64,000 bases of DNA, taken from the NCBI GenBank assembly GCA_013265495.1, contig MU058531.1:3348911-3412910 (forward strand). The letters are read 5' to 3'. Shown here piece after piece: positions 1-13,504 of this stretch. The notes below the pieces were generated by a model. The model was not told the origin of the DNA. It was given only the letters and a program-made list of their open reading frames with translations, and did no database searches. The position numbers and the translations under genes are program-made. Numbering within the stretch: the stretch's first letter is position 1; each line of letters opens with the position of its first letter. This stretch comes from Vicugna vicugna. Taxonomy: Eukaryota.

Positions 1-469
1 TTGGTCCTGATGTGTGCCGACTGTTGTGCTGTGGGTAGGGCCGTTCTGGTGGCCAGCCGGGGTCCTGAAACTTCCTGGTGTGGTTTCAGAGGATCTGGAT
101 CAACTTGACTCAGTTGGAAGTCTCTCTCAGGGAGAGTGTGTCTCTCTTCTTTTGGGAGGGTGTCTAGAACCGCAGGGCTGGGGGTCAGCACTGGACTTTT
201 CACTTTCTCTCTCCAGCTGGTCCCTTCTTGGCTTTTTGGTCCAAAGCTGCATTTAAAGACATTCTTGAGTAACCCCAGGCTTTCTCCTTTGAGTATAAGA
301 AAATGTTCTGACGGCTCCGCCACCTGTGTGGACCTTATAGCATGAGGTCTGCAGGGCCCCTGTCTCTCTGTATCCTGGGAGCATGTGCTCCTCCTGTGGC
401 GTAGTCTCCAAGGCCCCTGGTGGTCATGGTGCCTCCAGTTATAATAGCTTCAGGTGTAGGGACAAGGCA

Positions 470-655
470 CTCTTGGTCAAATATAAGGGCTCTAGAATCA
501 AATTTACTTGGGTTTGCCACCAACTAGCTGTACAGCCTTAGACAAGTAATTGACCTTTCTGTAAGATAGTAATTTTAAAGGTTTGCTATGAGACCTAAGA
601 TAATGCACCTAAAGCACTTTGCATAGTGCCAGGCACATGGTGCTCAAACAGTTAT
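470..655 (+). mobile_element. MIR SINE
   Basis: ggctctagaatca...gccaccaactagctgt...gcactttgcatagtgccaggcacatgg resembles MIR consensus. Confidence 0.65.
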
Positions 656-733
656 CTCCCAATATTGTTGTCTTTTCCCTCTGAGCCTACCTAAGGCTTG
701 CCAGCCTGCAGCTTTAGGCCTTAGAGAGCCATG

Positions 734-1181
734 TGTGGTAGGCTGAATGATGCCAGTGGCCTCCCGAAGTTGTCTAAGTCTTAATCCCAGGGGCCTGTAA
801 ATGTGTTACTTTACGTGACAAAAGGAATTTTGTGGTTGTGACTAAATTAAAGATTTCGAGACGAGGGAGTTATCCTGGATTACCTGGGTGGGCTCAATCT
901 AATGAAGAGGGTCCTTATAAGAGGGAGGCAAGAGGACCAGTCTGGAGTAGGAGGCAGGGGTAATATGAGGAAGGGGTCAGAAGCCAAGGAATGCAGGCAG
1001 CCTCTGGAAGCTGGAACAGGCAAGGAAATGGATTCTTCCCTAGAGCCTCCACAGAGGCAAGGCAGCCCTGCCAACCTATTTGAAGACTTCCGGCCTCCAG
1101 AACTATAAGATAACAAATTTGCATTGTTTAAGCCACTGCGTTTGCGGCAATTTGTCACAGCAGCAATAGGAAACTAATAGA
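734..1181 (+). mobile_element. MaLR solo LTR (MLT1D-like)
   Basis: Begins tgtggtaggctgaat, contains ttatcctggattacctgggtgggc and gattcttccctagagcctcc, ends gcagcaataggaaactaataga. Confidence 0.85.
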
Positions 1182-1242
1182 GTGTGGAAGGGAAAAAAGA
1201 AAGTGGTCAGAAGAGAAGTGAAAGCTGTCAAAATAAGACACC

Positions 1243-1470
1243 AATAACAGCCAGCATTTAGTTCAAACTTTGCTCAGTACTGTTCTAAGTCCTTTAGGTG
1301 TATCAACCTGTCATCCTCACAACCATCTTCTGAGGAAGGTACTTTTATTATCTGCCTGTCACATAAGAGGAAACTCAGGCACTGAATTAGGTAACTTGCC
1401 CAGGGTTACACAGCTGGTACGGGGTAGAGCTGGGATGTGAATCCATGCAGTCTGGTACTCTTGACTATTA
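1243..1470 (-). mobile_element. MIR SINE
   Basis: gaggaaactcaggcac...taacttgcccagggttacacagct is the MIR core in reverse. Confidence 0.75.
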
Positions 1471-1582
1471 CCCACACGACTCCCCAAAGCAGGAATTTCT
1501 GACTGAGTGCCCTGTTACTGTACAGAAAGAAAAGGCAGTATTTGAATCAGCAAGAGGGAGGATGATGTAGTCCCTCTGTACC

Positions 1583-1634
1583 AAAAAAAGAAAAGAAGAG
1601 AAAAGAAAAGAAAAGAAAAGAAAAGAAAGAGAAA
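1583..1634. repeat. (GAAAA)n microsatellite
   Basis: Directly visible. Confidence 0.9.
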
Positions 1635-2411
1635 CATGGGCATTGACGTACTTGGTAAGTTTTTGCTGTTCCTATCTCACATAATATGTGTGGACAGCTT
1701 GAAGCTGGAGGACGCCGGCTCTGGGAGCAGTTCCTGTGCTGGCCTCCCTCTCGAGTTCCCACCTCTGTTCCTACAGCAGCCCCGCTCACTCACCACAGAC
1801 CGCTGGCCCCAGCGCCCAGCTGGCTCTGCTTCCCACCTCTGCCTGTTTATTGGATTTGCCTCATTCCTGACTCTCTGCTCCAGCCCCGAATTCAACCTCC
1901 TTCTGGCCCCTCAAATGCTCAGACTGGAGATGGTTAGCGTCGGGGTCTGGATGATGAGGTGCCCCTGGGACTGCGGGAGGGTGGGTGGTGATGGTTTTTG
2001 CCTTTACCTTTGGTTTAACTGTGGCTGCTGTTGGTTTTCTAGCCGTACTGCTTTTGTCTGTCAAGCACATAATTCAGAGTGATACTGGTTTGGGCCAGTG
2101 GTTTTCCAACTGTATTCCGGGAGCGTTGGGGCCACTGCCAGGTGAGGGAGATGGCAGAAGATGAAGATCTCATCCCTTCACCCTGCTTCTGCTGTGCACC
2201 CCCACTCTTACTCATTTTATTTATACAGTGAGGTCCTGCCTTAGATTTGGCATGAAAGGTCACTTCGATTGCTAGAGAGACAGACAGAAGTTTGAGAAGA
2301 CCTAAACCCCAAGTTAAGGCATGCTATATATGACCTTTACCTTTAGCCCAAAGACTTGTTTGTGCAAGGAATAGAACTCACTGTAGTTTCTCTAACTGCA
2401 TTTTACAAGTT

Positions 2412-2625
2412 TGGATTCTGGAGACAGGTTGCTTAGATTTGTTTACCTGGCTCCACTATTTACATGCAATCTGTATGACCTTGTGCAGAATACTCGTCCT
2501 AGTGGGGCCTAAACTTCCTCATTCACATAATGGGAGGGGTAATAGTAGTACCTAATACATGAAATCATTCAGGTAAAGGGTTTAGAGCAGTGCCTGATAC
2601 ACAGTAAGAATTAAACAAATACTAG
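2412..2625 (+). mobile_element. MIR SINE
   Basis: tgaccttgtgcag...cttcctcattcacataatggg...agagcagtgcctgatacacagtaag. Confidence 0.7.
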
Positions 2626-4467
2626 CTCTTAGGCTTTTTTTATTCCTACCGAGTCTCCCAGTGAAATGGCAGAAGACTCTAGCCTCATCTCTTTATGGGG
2701 TTCTGCTCTCCCATGATGCTCTCCCCCAGTGCAGCCAGGAGTCTTACTTCCATTACTCCTCTCTTGATCTGGTTACCACAGAAATGTCCATTGTCCCTGA
2801 CCACAGGTGACTCTGGTTGCAGTGACTCAAGGCTGCTTTTCATGGATGCACAGCTCTCCCCGAGGTCTCTGAGATCCCACTGCCCCTGCCAGGAAGAGGG
2901 TCCCTTCTGCTTTCAGAAGCTGCTGGACAATCGCTCTTTTCCTCCCCTTCCCACCAGCTGTGGGGGCTGGGACGAGAGGGGCAGAGTAGAACTCCAGTCT
3001 CCTCCCTGCTTCTTCTCCAGGACTTTGGGTCTGTAACACAAACTCCATACTCTTGCATCCTTTTTCCTCTACCCCTAAGGCTTAAGAAAACGAAACAAAA
3101 TAAACATATACGGGGCAGCTAAGCTTGACAGGGTTATTGGTCAAACAGTGCTGGCCAGTGCCGTGATCTACTTAGTGGTAGTGTTGCTGCCGGCTCTGTG
3201 GAATGATCTGTTGTGTGGTGGCCCCAATGAAATGTGCTCCATTTATAGAAATACTCGAAGGTCTCCTTCAGAGGGGCTGATTATATGTGCACACAGGTTC
3301 AAAGCTCTGACAAAATGTGGTTAGCATTTATGCTTTGTAGGAACAGCTACATTTTAATAATAAAGCTATAAGACTGCTATATTCAGAGTTAAGGAAGAGG
3401 CAGAAGCAAGGAGAGACTGTTTTGATGACTTCATTTTAGGTTTAAACTGTATAGTATCACTGACTATGGAAAATCCAGAGAATGGAAAAAAAATCATTGG
3501 GAAAAGCACATGTGACCAAGGGCGTGCTATACACATCTGGGATTAAAATATCAGATAGCACAGTTTGATTTGAATATCACTGGAGTTAGTTCAAGTTACT
3601 GTCATTTCTACAGAAAGTTTCAATTCATTTGTTGTTGTTAGTAACATGAACTCAGATTTCACTGATGAACATCTTTTCGCCTGTGGTGTGTTTGCCTGGA
3701 GGAATTGAGGCGCCCTCATAGTCTGGTTTGTCAGTCTCAGAGAGGTGGATACAATTCACAGAAGTTAAATGGTTTTGGCATGACATTGTATTCCCTTTTC
3801 CCCTCAAAGGCAGAATGAATTTGGATGACTGGGTAGTTGGTCTGCAGTTTTGTTAACGGCTGGGGTCTGAGCAAATTCAGATCCACTTTCTGCTCACTTC
3901 TCAGCAGGCTAATTAGTTCCTCACTCAGCCTGGCTTACCGTGCCTGTGCCTGAGGTTTTTCTTTCCTTGTGCCTCCGGCAGGGTCTTAAAATCCACAGTG
4001 GGAAGGACTGGTAAAGCTCCAGGCAGTTGTAAAAGAAATATGCTCAATTATTATTTGAATCTAAGGGAGGGACTGCTAGAACTTCATGACCTATGCACAG
4101 GAACTACATAAATTTGTGAAAAGAACTCCAAAATACGACTTTCCTGCGCCGTCAATGCAACGGCAGGCAGACAGCCCTGCAGGTTCTCCCAGGACATCTC
4201 TTGGATCTAGGATTTTGACTAATTACACTTTGCTGACTGAGGATGGGCTGGGCCTCACCAGTGCCAAGTCACGGGATGGCTGACAACAGGTGAAGTGTGT
4301 TCTCGACTCAGGCAGGCAAGCCCAGATCAAATTAGTTACAGAGGATAAGAGAGTGTGCTTATTTCTAGCCATGTGGCGTTATTTCTAATGAATTATCACT
4401 ATCTAAGCAGTCAAGTCTAGAATATGTCACTTGTTTAGATCATTAGTTTGAAAAATAAAGATTTTTT

Positions 4468-4815
4468 TAGACAAATGCTGTATGTTTTCACTTATATGTG
4501 GAATCCAAAAAACAAACAAAAAATGAACAAATAAATCAGAAACGGACTGACAAATACAGAAAACAAACTAGTGACTACCACATGGGAGAGGGGTAGGGGT
4601 AGGGAGAAAATAGGTGAGAGGATTAAGAGGTACAAACTAGCAGTTATAAAATAAGTCACAGGGATGTAATGTACAGCACAGGGAATATCGTCAAAATTTT
4701 ATAATAATTTTGTATGGTGTGTGCTCTGTAAAAATACTGAATCACTATGTTGTACGCTTGAAACTAATATAAGATTGTAAGTCAACTATACCTCAATAAA
4801 AATTAATTTAAAAAA
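4468..4815 (+). mobile_element. L1 3' UTR fragment (5'-truncated)
   Basis: cacttatatgtggaatc...gtacagcacagggaatat...gtcaactatacctcaataaa followed by an A-rich tail. Confidence 0.85.
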
Positions 4816-5059
4816 GAATTTTTAATCCCAAACAATTTTATCTTAACAACTAAAATTCTACCTTCTATTAATGCAGACATTATGCATGTTTACTTCCTAA
4901 TTATATGCTATGTCATGTACAGTGAAAATTGAGGAATCCAATCCCTTTCACTTTTAGAGTTGAAAAAATTGGTCTTCTGAGAGACTGAAGGATTTGACCA
5001 AATCCACCTGGCTGGGAAGCAGCAGAACTGGGACTTTAGTTTGTTTCAAACAAAATTAA

Positions 5060-7480
5060 GACTATACTGTAGATACATACTGCACAATTTTCAATCCCAG
5101 ATTCTTTGCCTAACATTCCATTATTAAGGTGTTCTCACACCATTAAATATTTCCAAACCTTGACTTCAGTGGCTAGATCTCATTCCATCATGTGGTCCCA
5201 TGCAGGGCTTACCCATTCCCCTCTTGGTGGACATTTAGTTGTTGTTCCCCAATTTTTTTCTGTTTAAGTAACTCTCCATTGCCTAGATCTCTAATTCTTT
5301 AGCACAGAGTCCTAGAAGTGAAATTACTAGGTCAAAGTGGAGAACTGTTTTAAAGGCTCAAGAGACTTACTGCCAAAATGCCCTCCGAAAAGGTTGCGTC
5401 AGTTTGCACTTCTAATGATGTGCTAGAGTAGTCTTTCCAGTGGTATATCAACGAGAGATACCAGCCTTGGTACTTCATAGGTTGACTGTGTATTTCTTTC
5501 ACTTCTGGAAATAAAAAAACATTCATATCTCAACAGTGTGCTTTCTCTTGGTTAATTATTTAATCACGTTCTTTGTCCGTTTGTCTTCTTTTTCTCTGAG
5601 ACTTCTTAATGAATTAAGAATATTACATCCCTTTATCATATTTTTTGGCAAGTATTTCCTATCGTCATTTGATGCTGTTTTTCTCAACTAGCATTTTTTC
5701 CTGATTGCAAAATAATACAAGTTAATTTTGGATAATTTGGAAAATAGAGAAAAGCACAATAAAGGAAAATTCCAAAATCACCTATACTTCTACTACCTAG
5801 AGTTATTACTAACATTTGGTTTATGACTTTCTAGGGTTTTTTTTTTTCCTATTTTTTTCCCAAATTGAGATCATGCTTTCATGTTTTACGACTTTTCACC
5901 TAACTTTGTTAATCATACTTAAGCAAATTATGTTTATCCAACTATTGGATATTATATATAAATATTAATGAAATATATTTTTGAAATGTGCATCATGTTT
6001 CTTAATGTGCAGAAAATTTTAATTTTCATATAGCCAGGTAGGTCTATGTCCTCCCTGGTGATTACTTCCATGGCTTTCAAATTTGTACTCTTTATCTACT
6101 TTCTGTGATTAACTGTATTTTTTTTACCTTTTTAGGCTTTTAGTTACATTCAACTTTTCATTTAGAATCAGTTTTTTTGGGTATACATTATGAGTTGAAG
6201 ACCTAACCTGTATTCTAAATACTTAATTAATTTTCCTTCATAATGTATTTATTTCCTCATATATATATATATATTTCTTGTATAACTTCCTTCACTGAAA
6301 TATTTATTGGGTAATCCTTAACAATTCCTAACTTATTTTGTATATTCTAAGGCAATTTTAGGCCTTAGATATTTAACTGTAAATTCTTGAATAAGTACCA
6401 TCCTGTTTGTTATTTTAGCCTTATAATACATGTTAATATCATGTAGAGCAAGTTACTTCATTATAATTATTAAAATGTTCCATATGTTTCCTTGCTTATT
6501 CTAATGAATTAAATTTTGAGACTTTAAAAAAATTTTCTGAGCTAATTAATGACTTCTTTTATTGAAGTGTAGTCAGCTACAATGTGTCAGTTTCTGGTGT
6601 ACAGCATAATGTCCCAGTCATGCATATATATACATATATTTATTTTCATATTCTTTTTCATTAAAAGTGATTATAAGATATTGAATATAGTTCCCTGTGT
6701 TATACAAAAGAAATTTTTTAATCTAAATTTTGAGACATTTTGTCAAAATTTCAAAAATTCATTAATATCTTGATTGAGATTATAATAAACTTGTATATCA
6801 ATTTAGGAAGAAGTAATATGTTTACAGTATTTAATATTTACATACTGGTATGTTTCTTGATTTACGCAAACGTTTTTATATATCTTAGTGAGGTTTTACA
6901 GTCTTCATATTAATCATATATTTCTTACTTATTTTTTAAATATGTTTTATGTCTTTTATTTAATCAGCTTAGTTTTTCAGCTGATTCTCCTGAGCTTTCT
7001 AGGTAGAGAATGGTATAATCTGCAAATAATGATTATTTCTCTTTTAAATCAGAAATTTGTACATTAATAACTAAGGGAGGATAATAGACCTTTCAATTTT
7101 ATTCTTGACTTTAATGGAAATGCTTTTCATATTCATAATGCTTTCTATCCTCGTGTGATGTTGCCTTATGGTTTAAAATAGTTTAAATGACTTTGAGGAA
7201 GTAATGTCATATCCATAGATCTATTTTTTTTTCTTAATGAAAGGTAGTTGAATTTTGTCAAAAGCCGAAAAGATAATCTTTGAGATGACTGTGTACTTTT
7301 TTTCACATTTGACCAACTGGTATGTTATGTTAACAAGTTTCCCATCATTATACCATGTTTGCAATCTTGTTGTGACAGTTTATTATCATTGTGTTAATGA
7401 ATTCTGTCTATAAAATAGAGATTAATCTAGACCCTATTTAGATTTTACTTTGTATTTTTTAAAATTAGTATTTAGCCATG
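5060..7480 (-). mobile_element. Degraded ancient L1 (L1M-type) fragments, AT-rich
   Basis: tggacatttagttgt, cctagaagtgaaattactaggtcaaag and taatctgcaaataatgat motifs typical of antisense old L1. Confidence 0.55.
6523..6723 (-). mobile_element. Young L1 3'-end fragment (camelid-like) with 13-bp TSD
   Basis: ttttattgaagtgtagtcagctacaatgtgtcagtttctggtgtacagcataatgtccc. Direct repeat taaattttgagac at 6510-6522 and 6724-6736. Confidence 0.85.
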
Positions 7481-9030
7481 ATCATCAAAGACTGGTATTA
7501 AAATTCTCTTGTGGCTCCTGAGTCTGCATAGATTGAATTCCAGGAGACCCCCTGTGTTTCCTGAAAGTGACAGGGCAGCAGCAGATGTGGTGAGGAGCTG
7601 GAGACACTGCTCATGTGGGAGAGGGAAGGAGGGTACATTGCACACCGTAGACTGGTTAATTGGAGGCTCTTCCTGTGAGGTGAAAATACAATGCCTTTTT
7701 TTTTTTAATTGGGACACTTTTTTCTTTGCATGCCTCCCTCATAAGATAGGCAGAACTGGAGCTCTGCTATTAGAAGGTTCACACCATCCGTAAGGATTCC
7801 AGACGTTGAATGTAGACCTCAGTCCTTTTCTGGACTGATGGAATGTTAAGTAGCAATGCAGCAAACCTGAAAGACAAGCTTAGAATCTAGTAGTACTCAG
7901 ATTTAGTGTCAAGTCTTAGTTTAGGTGAAAGGTTTAAAAAAAAATATGTCCCTAAGGCATATAGGAAGGAAGAGAGAAAGCAGCTATAAAATTTAAAAAT
8001 ATTAAATGGCAAGTACTCTAAGTGTGCATTTGACAGCTGTAAGACTGAGAAAGTGACCCGAAGATTTACCTACATTGTGGGTGTCTTTGTGGAGAAGCTG
8101 AGGAGAAGCTGAATCTAAGAAGTAAGGAGATGATTGATTGGTTGGCTCTTCTCACTCTTCCTACTTACATGTCTGTTGCCCCTTACTCCCTATTTTGTTT
8201 TCTTTTCTACAACTTTGTTTTTTCCCCAACCTCCTTTTCTCATCCATTCAACACTCAGACCTTCAGCAGTCCGTCTGAGTCCCTCCCTGTGTCAGGCACT
8301 ATGCTGGCTGGTGGGGGATGCCTGTAGCAAGATGCCCACGGCTACTGCCTACCTGTGCTTACCTGAGCCAGGTGATGATGCAGGTGAGAAGCTGACAATT
8401 TCTGTAATTTGTGAAACAAGATGTTACTAACTCTCTCCCTTTCTCAGGATTTCAGACATTTGCTTATTTATGGAAGGGTAGTATAAAGCATCATGAATGA
8501 TGAATCATTTATAAATTGTAAAATTAGACACTTTTGTTAAAGGGGCTTAGTTAAAACTCTGTGACTTGACTCGTGGGAAGGAGGTGTCTATTTCTGCTGC
8601 TTGGTGTTTTCTCAAGAAAAACGTTTTCATCCTTGCTTCTTCCCTTCTGAAGGAATTTCCTTTCAACTTGAAGAATTCTGGAAGCAAGGGCTGCTGGGAC
8701 TGAAGAAGGCAGCATATTCTAAGAAATAGAGTACAAAGCACAAGGAGAGGCAAGGAGTGCTCACCTTGACCAGCTCTATTGTGCAGAGGCTCAGGGGGAA
8801 ACTTGGGAGAGTGCCCAGGACATTGGTTGCTGTTATATTGAGGAAGGCATTCAGGTTCATCTGGAGTAACCAGTTCACATAAATGTGCTGCTATTGGTTT
8901 ATTATATTTTTTGAAATTGAGTACTATTGGTTGGTTCTGTAAAGAGGATGTTGACTACATTCCTGATGTCATACCCAGAATTTGCCATCAAAGATCTATA
9001 AGTCTGATTCCAGAGACAGGGCACAAATAC

Positions 9031-9312
9031 CTGAAATTTTCAATGTCCTTACCAAGAAATGGCTGAGTCTCTGAAATTTTCAATGTCCTTACCAAGAAAC
9101 GGCTGAGTCTCTGAAATTTTCAATGTCCTTACCAAGAAACGGCTGAGTCTCTGAAATTTTCAATGTCCTTACCAAGAAACGGCCGAGTCTCTGAAATTTT
9201 CAATGTCCTTACCAAGAAACGGCCGAGTCTCTGAAATTTTCAATGTCCTAACAAGAAATGGCTGAGTTTCTGAAATTTTCAATGTCCTTACCAAGAAACG
9301 GCTAAGTCTCTG
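9031..9312. repeat. Minisatellite, 7 copies of a 40-bp unit ctgaaattttcaatgtccttaccaagaaacggctgagtct
   Basis: Units start at 9031, 9071, 9111, 9151, 9191, 9231 (39 bp) and 9270. No spacers. Confidence 0.97.
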
Positions 9313-10739
9313 GCCAGCTGTTAAATGGCTTGAGTCCAGGAGAGGGAGCTCTGGGCTGGAGTTTTCTGAAGCATAGAGAAGGCTTGAAGGAAGCAGGGTG
9401 TGTCTTGCTGGAAAGGATAGAAAGATATTTCTGCTTGGGAAGAAGTGAAGCCATCCTTAGAAGTCTTGTTCACAGGAAAGCATTAGTTGGCCAGGTAGGC
9501 AGGGTCTCCCTTGAGGCTTTCTCTTTCCTGTTTACCCCAGATATGTGTTGTGGATCCTTAGAGTAAATACATCTCCTTGATTTGTTTCACCTTTACATCA
9601 ATGATTCCAGATCTTTCTGTGGCCCATGTTTCACTCCTGAACTGCAGAGCTGTATATCCAGCTACCTGTGAGACATCTCCCCAGAACTCATGTCTCACGT
9701 TGAACTCAGTCTTTTCCCATACCTGCTTCTCCCACATTCCCCAATGCGGTGAACAGAGCATTTATCGACCCACTTAACAGAGGCCAGAAACCTCAGCTCT
9801 CCAAGGACTCACAGCACCTGCTACCTTCCATTTTTGTGTCTGTCTTTCCCAGTAAAGCATATGCTCCATGGCGCCCCCTTCTGGGATCTCCAGGCCCAGC
9901 ACAGTACTGAGCCTGTGACAAAGGTGCTCCACACGTATATGCTGACTGAATGTACAAATTGAACGTCCTGTCCATGTACCCTCTCAATGCCTCTCTAGCC
10001 AGGCAGACCTCAGTTTGAAATCCTGCTTTGCTCATTACTGACTGGGTCACCTTAATGGAGCTATTTTTTAAAATTTTATTTTGAGATTTTTAATTTTTAA
10101 TTAATAACATAATTTATATATCATTATTAATTATCTATAACTATGTAATTATTAATAATATAATTAATAATAGCATAAAATTTAATAATATAAATTTAAC
10201 ATATGTACAGATTAAGTTTTTAAAATCTCACTATGCATCAGTTTCTGAATCTGTAAAATGGACATAGTTATGGTGCCTTCCTCATAGATTTGGGGCAAAC
10301 TAAATGTAACAAAGCATATAAAACATGTTTGATACATAGTAGAGTCTTTACTGTTAGAAGACAGGTTTGAAGCTAGACTGTTAAAGCCCCTCAGTGCAGA
10401 GTAAGTGGTGTGTGCTGTATCTATTAGAAGGTGAGAATCCATGAAGCGTTCTGACCGTGTGGCAGGAAAAAACTTGAGCTGTGGGATAAACAGACGTGTG
10501 TACAAATTAAAACTTTACCACTTAATAGCTGTAGGTCTTTCACAAATTACCTAGTCATTGTAAACCTCAGGGTTTGTTTTTTTTTTAAACCTCTAAAATT
10601 AAGATAACAATACCTCATACCAGGAATTGTTGTCAGGTGTAAATGAGGTGGTATATGAAAAGCGTCTGACACTAATTTTTTTTTAAGTTGCTTTCTTTCC
10701 TCCAGTGATAAGCTCTGGGTTCCCTTGGAAAGAGATCTA

Positions 10740-10910
10740 TAGTCCAAAGGCTTGTCTTTGGCTCAGCCCAGTTTAATGTTTTTGTCAGATACTTGGATGA
10801 AGGCATACAGCCTTCCTTCCCAAATTTGTAGATGACTCAAAGTTGGGAAAATAGCTAATACAATAGGTGATGGAATGGAGGCTCAAAATGACCTCGACAG
10901 GCTGGAATGT
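10740..10910 (+). mobile_element. CR1/L3 LINE reverse-transcriptase fossil
   Basis: Translates FNVFVRYLDEGI (from 10772) and, after a frameshift, KFVDDSKLGKIANTIGDGMEAQNDLDRLE (from 10822). Matches CR1 RT FNIFINDLDEG..KFADDTKLGG..QNDLDRLE. Confidence 0.85.
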
Positions 10911-10949
10911 TTGTCCTTCATCAAATGGGAAGTCAGGCATCAGGCAGAT

Positions 10950-11385
10950 GGGTCAAAGCAGGCAGTCGGGGACAAGGAGACCATTCAAAAGGTGATTCCA
11001 CTAGTCCAGGTGCAGATGGAAAGGATCTGAACTAGGGTGGTGTCAGTGGCAACAGAAGGGAGTTAACAGCCAGGAAGAACTTTTTAGAAAAATCATCAAA
11101 ATATGACAAATAACTAGGTAGACATGTGGATTAAAGGGCTAATGATGACTGGGAAGTTTGCTTTCTGAGTTCCTGGAGAAGAGGACATGTCAGTTAATAG
11201 AAGGAGGAAGTTAGGCAGAAGAACTGAATTAGAGAGAGAAGGGAGGACAGGAGTCTGGTTTTGTACATGGGGTGTTGGCTGTATCCAACAGGAAGTTGGA
11301 AAGTCAGGACTGTAGCTCGTGGGAGCGGCTGTGTCTGGAAAGAGGCATTTGGGAGTCATCTACATAGAGGTGATAGTTGAAGCGA
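10950..11385 (-). mobile_element. L2 LINE fragment
   Basis: tagtccaggtgcagatg...ctgaactagggtggtgtcagtgg...atttgggagtcatctacatagaggtgatagttgaagc. Confidence 0.7.
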
Positions 11386-11529
11386 GCATTGTTGGCTCTA
11401 ACTTGAGATAAGGAGGATAAACAAACCCTTGCCCAGGGAACTAGTTCTGCTGCCTTCCATGGGTTCTTTAACACATTAAAGCAAAGTATTACAGGATGAG
11501 AATTCTCATATAGTAATCTCAGATTTTAA

Positions 11530-12040
11530 AAAGATTATATGTTTGATTTATTTTTAATTACACAAGTAATATGTGACTACGTTTTTAAAAATTTATTTGT
11601 TTTTCAATTTATTAAACTATAGTTGATTTACACGTGAATACGTTCTTGATTGTGAAGAGTGTAAACACTGCAGATAAAGTAAAAGCCCCCATTAATCTCT
11701 ACCCAATTCTACTTTCTTTTTCTGAAGTATTCACTGTTCTTAGTTTGGTAGGTGTTCTTATAAATGTATTTCTATGCATTTATATAGTTGTACACACACA
11801 CATGCATATAAAGATATACTTTGGGTTTTGTGTGTGTTGTTTTGTTTTATCTAAGTGGCTCCTAACATGTTCTGTCCTTTATTTTTACCTTAAAAAATTA
11901 AACAATATACTCTGGAGCTCTTTGCAGGTAAATGTATCTAGATCTAAGTCATAAAAATGAAAAAAAATCTGTTTTCCTAGGTACGAATGTACTGTTTATT
12001 TAATCATTCCCTTATGGAAGGAATCTACCTTGTTTCCAGT
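11530..12040 (-). mobile_element. Old L1ME-type 3' fragment
   Basis: AT-rich segment with tttatttaatcattccctt...tgtttccagttttt motifs. Confidence 0.5.
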
Positions 12041-13504
12041 TTTTTTAATCTGGCCATCTTTCAGGTATTTACTGCTCACAGTGGGTAGGAGACTGCCCAG
12101 CAGAAACTGGGATACGTTGGTAATAGTAAGGCAGAAGCTGGCAGGCTATCGGGGCAATGAGAAGCACATAAGGAAGAAGGCAGGCAAAAAGTGCTACTTC
12201 TTTAAGTTGCCACATGCTATGGTGGTTTAGGGGAAAGAGGCCTTATTCCTTGTGAGGATTCAGAAGTAGATGAGAGAGGCTGAGCTCTTTGGGTTTTGCA
12301 GGATGGAAACACGGCTGGATGATTAAGCTGTGCTCTGTGGCCTGTTGGTGCCCCAGTCTCATCACCCTCCAGGGATCAACTACTGTTATGCTATTGTCCA
12401 TATGATAAGGAATTTCTGTGTTAGGCTCAGCCACTTGCTGTGTTCAACCTTGCCAAGATCCTCTCTGCCTTAAGCTGGAGGAGCTGGAAGTAGTGGGGAG
12501 AAAGAGAAAAGGTGAATATGTGCTAATGAGATGAGGGCTTTGGAGTGATTGGTTTGGGGAGGGATGGGTCGGGTTTGAGAACATTTTTCTTTTTGCAAAT
12601 ATCATCAAAATGAATATAACAGAGTTTTAACTCCTCCCTGGGAGCCCCTGAAAATATATCCCCTAGTGAGAAACTGGTACATTGTTCCCTTTCTTCTTGA
12701 GTGCATGGGATTTGGGGATTTCTTGGGTGTAAGGAAGCTGGGAAAGGAAAGGAAGGAGAACCCTCTTCTGTACGTGATTTATCCCAACCCAACCGTTTTC
12801 TCTCCACCACCACCCCCTCTTTTCCCATCTCTTTCTCTCTCTGGTTTTCCTGCCTTTGATGCTCGGAATCATATCACATCTCATGAGCAAATTTAGGGGA
12901 TATGGATCTTATATAAAATGCCAGGGCCCTAATTTTCCTTCTTTTCACTTCTGCTGCCTTCACCCAGGGCTCAGAGGAGATTCCACTTTGGCTGAAATGC
13001 ACGGAGTCATGCTGGTTCTTCTTTCTCCTCTTCCCTCTGTTCAGCACTGACTCAGCAGCTGCGAAGCTCTGCCAGGCTGTTAGGACGCGGCACCATCCCA
13101 CCATGCCGAGAGCTGGGCTTCGCAGGCAGCCCTGCATCAATGACATAGGCAGCCAACGTCCTCCAGCGCGTGCGACAAGTCTGGCTGGGACATTTTTTCC
13201 CTCGGAGTCTTTCTCCAGTTCCTCAAGCCTAGCTCCGCCCAACCCAAGTCCTCCCTGCTTGCAGCACAGTGAAGTCTGGTTGATCTTTTTCATTTCACCT
13301 GTTTCTACTCCCTGTCAAGCCAGACTGGCCCTCTGGGTTGCTGGACCAGTGAGTGGTCCCATCTCCGCAAGGCCTCCATGAGCATGTATCTGGAACAGCT
13401 CTGATCTGCTGCCTGCGGGAGTGTGGCTGCCACCCACTTCTCTGGGTACATCTCCCAGCCCACTTTTCCCTGCTCTGTCCCAGACCTGTCCCCTGGCACA
13501 CTGG

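Noticed and set aside
9031..9312. Regular 40-bp repeats as a CRISPR array
   Set aside because: Units are head-to-tail with no unique spacers, there are no cas genes, and the context is a mammalian intron.
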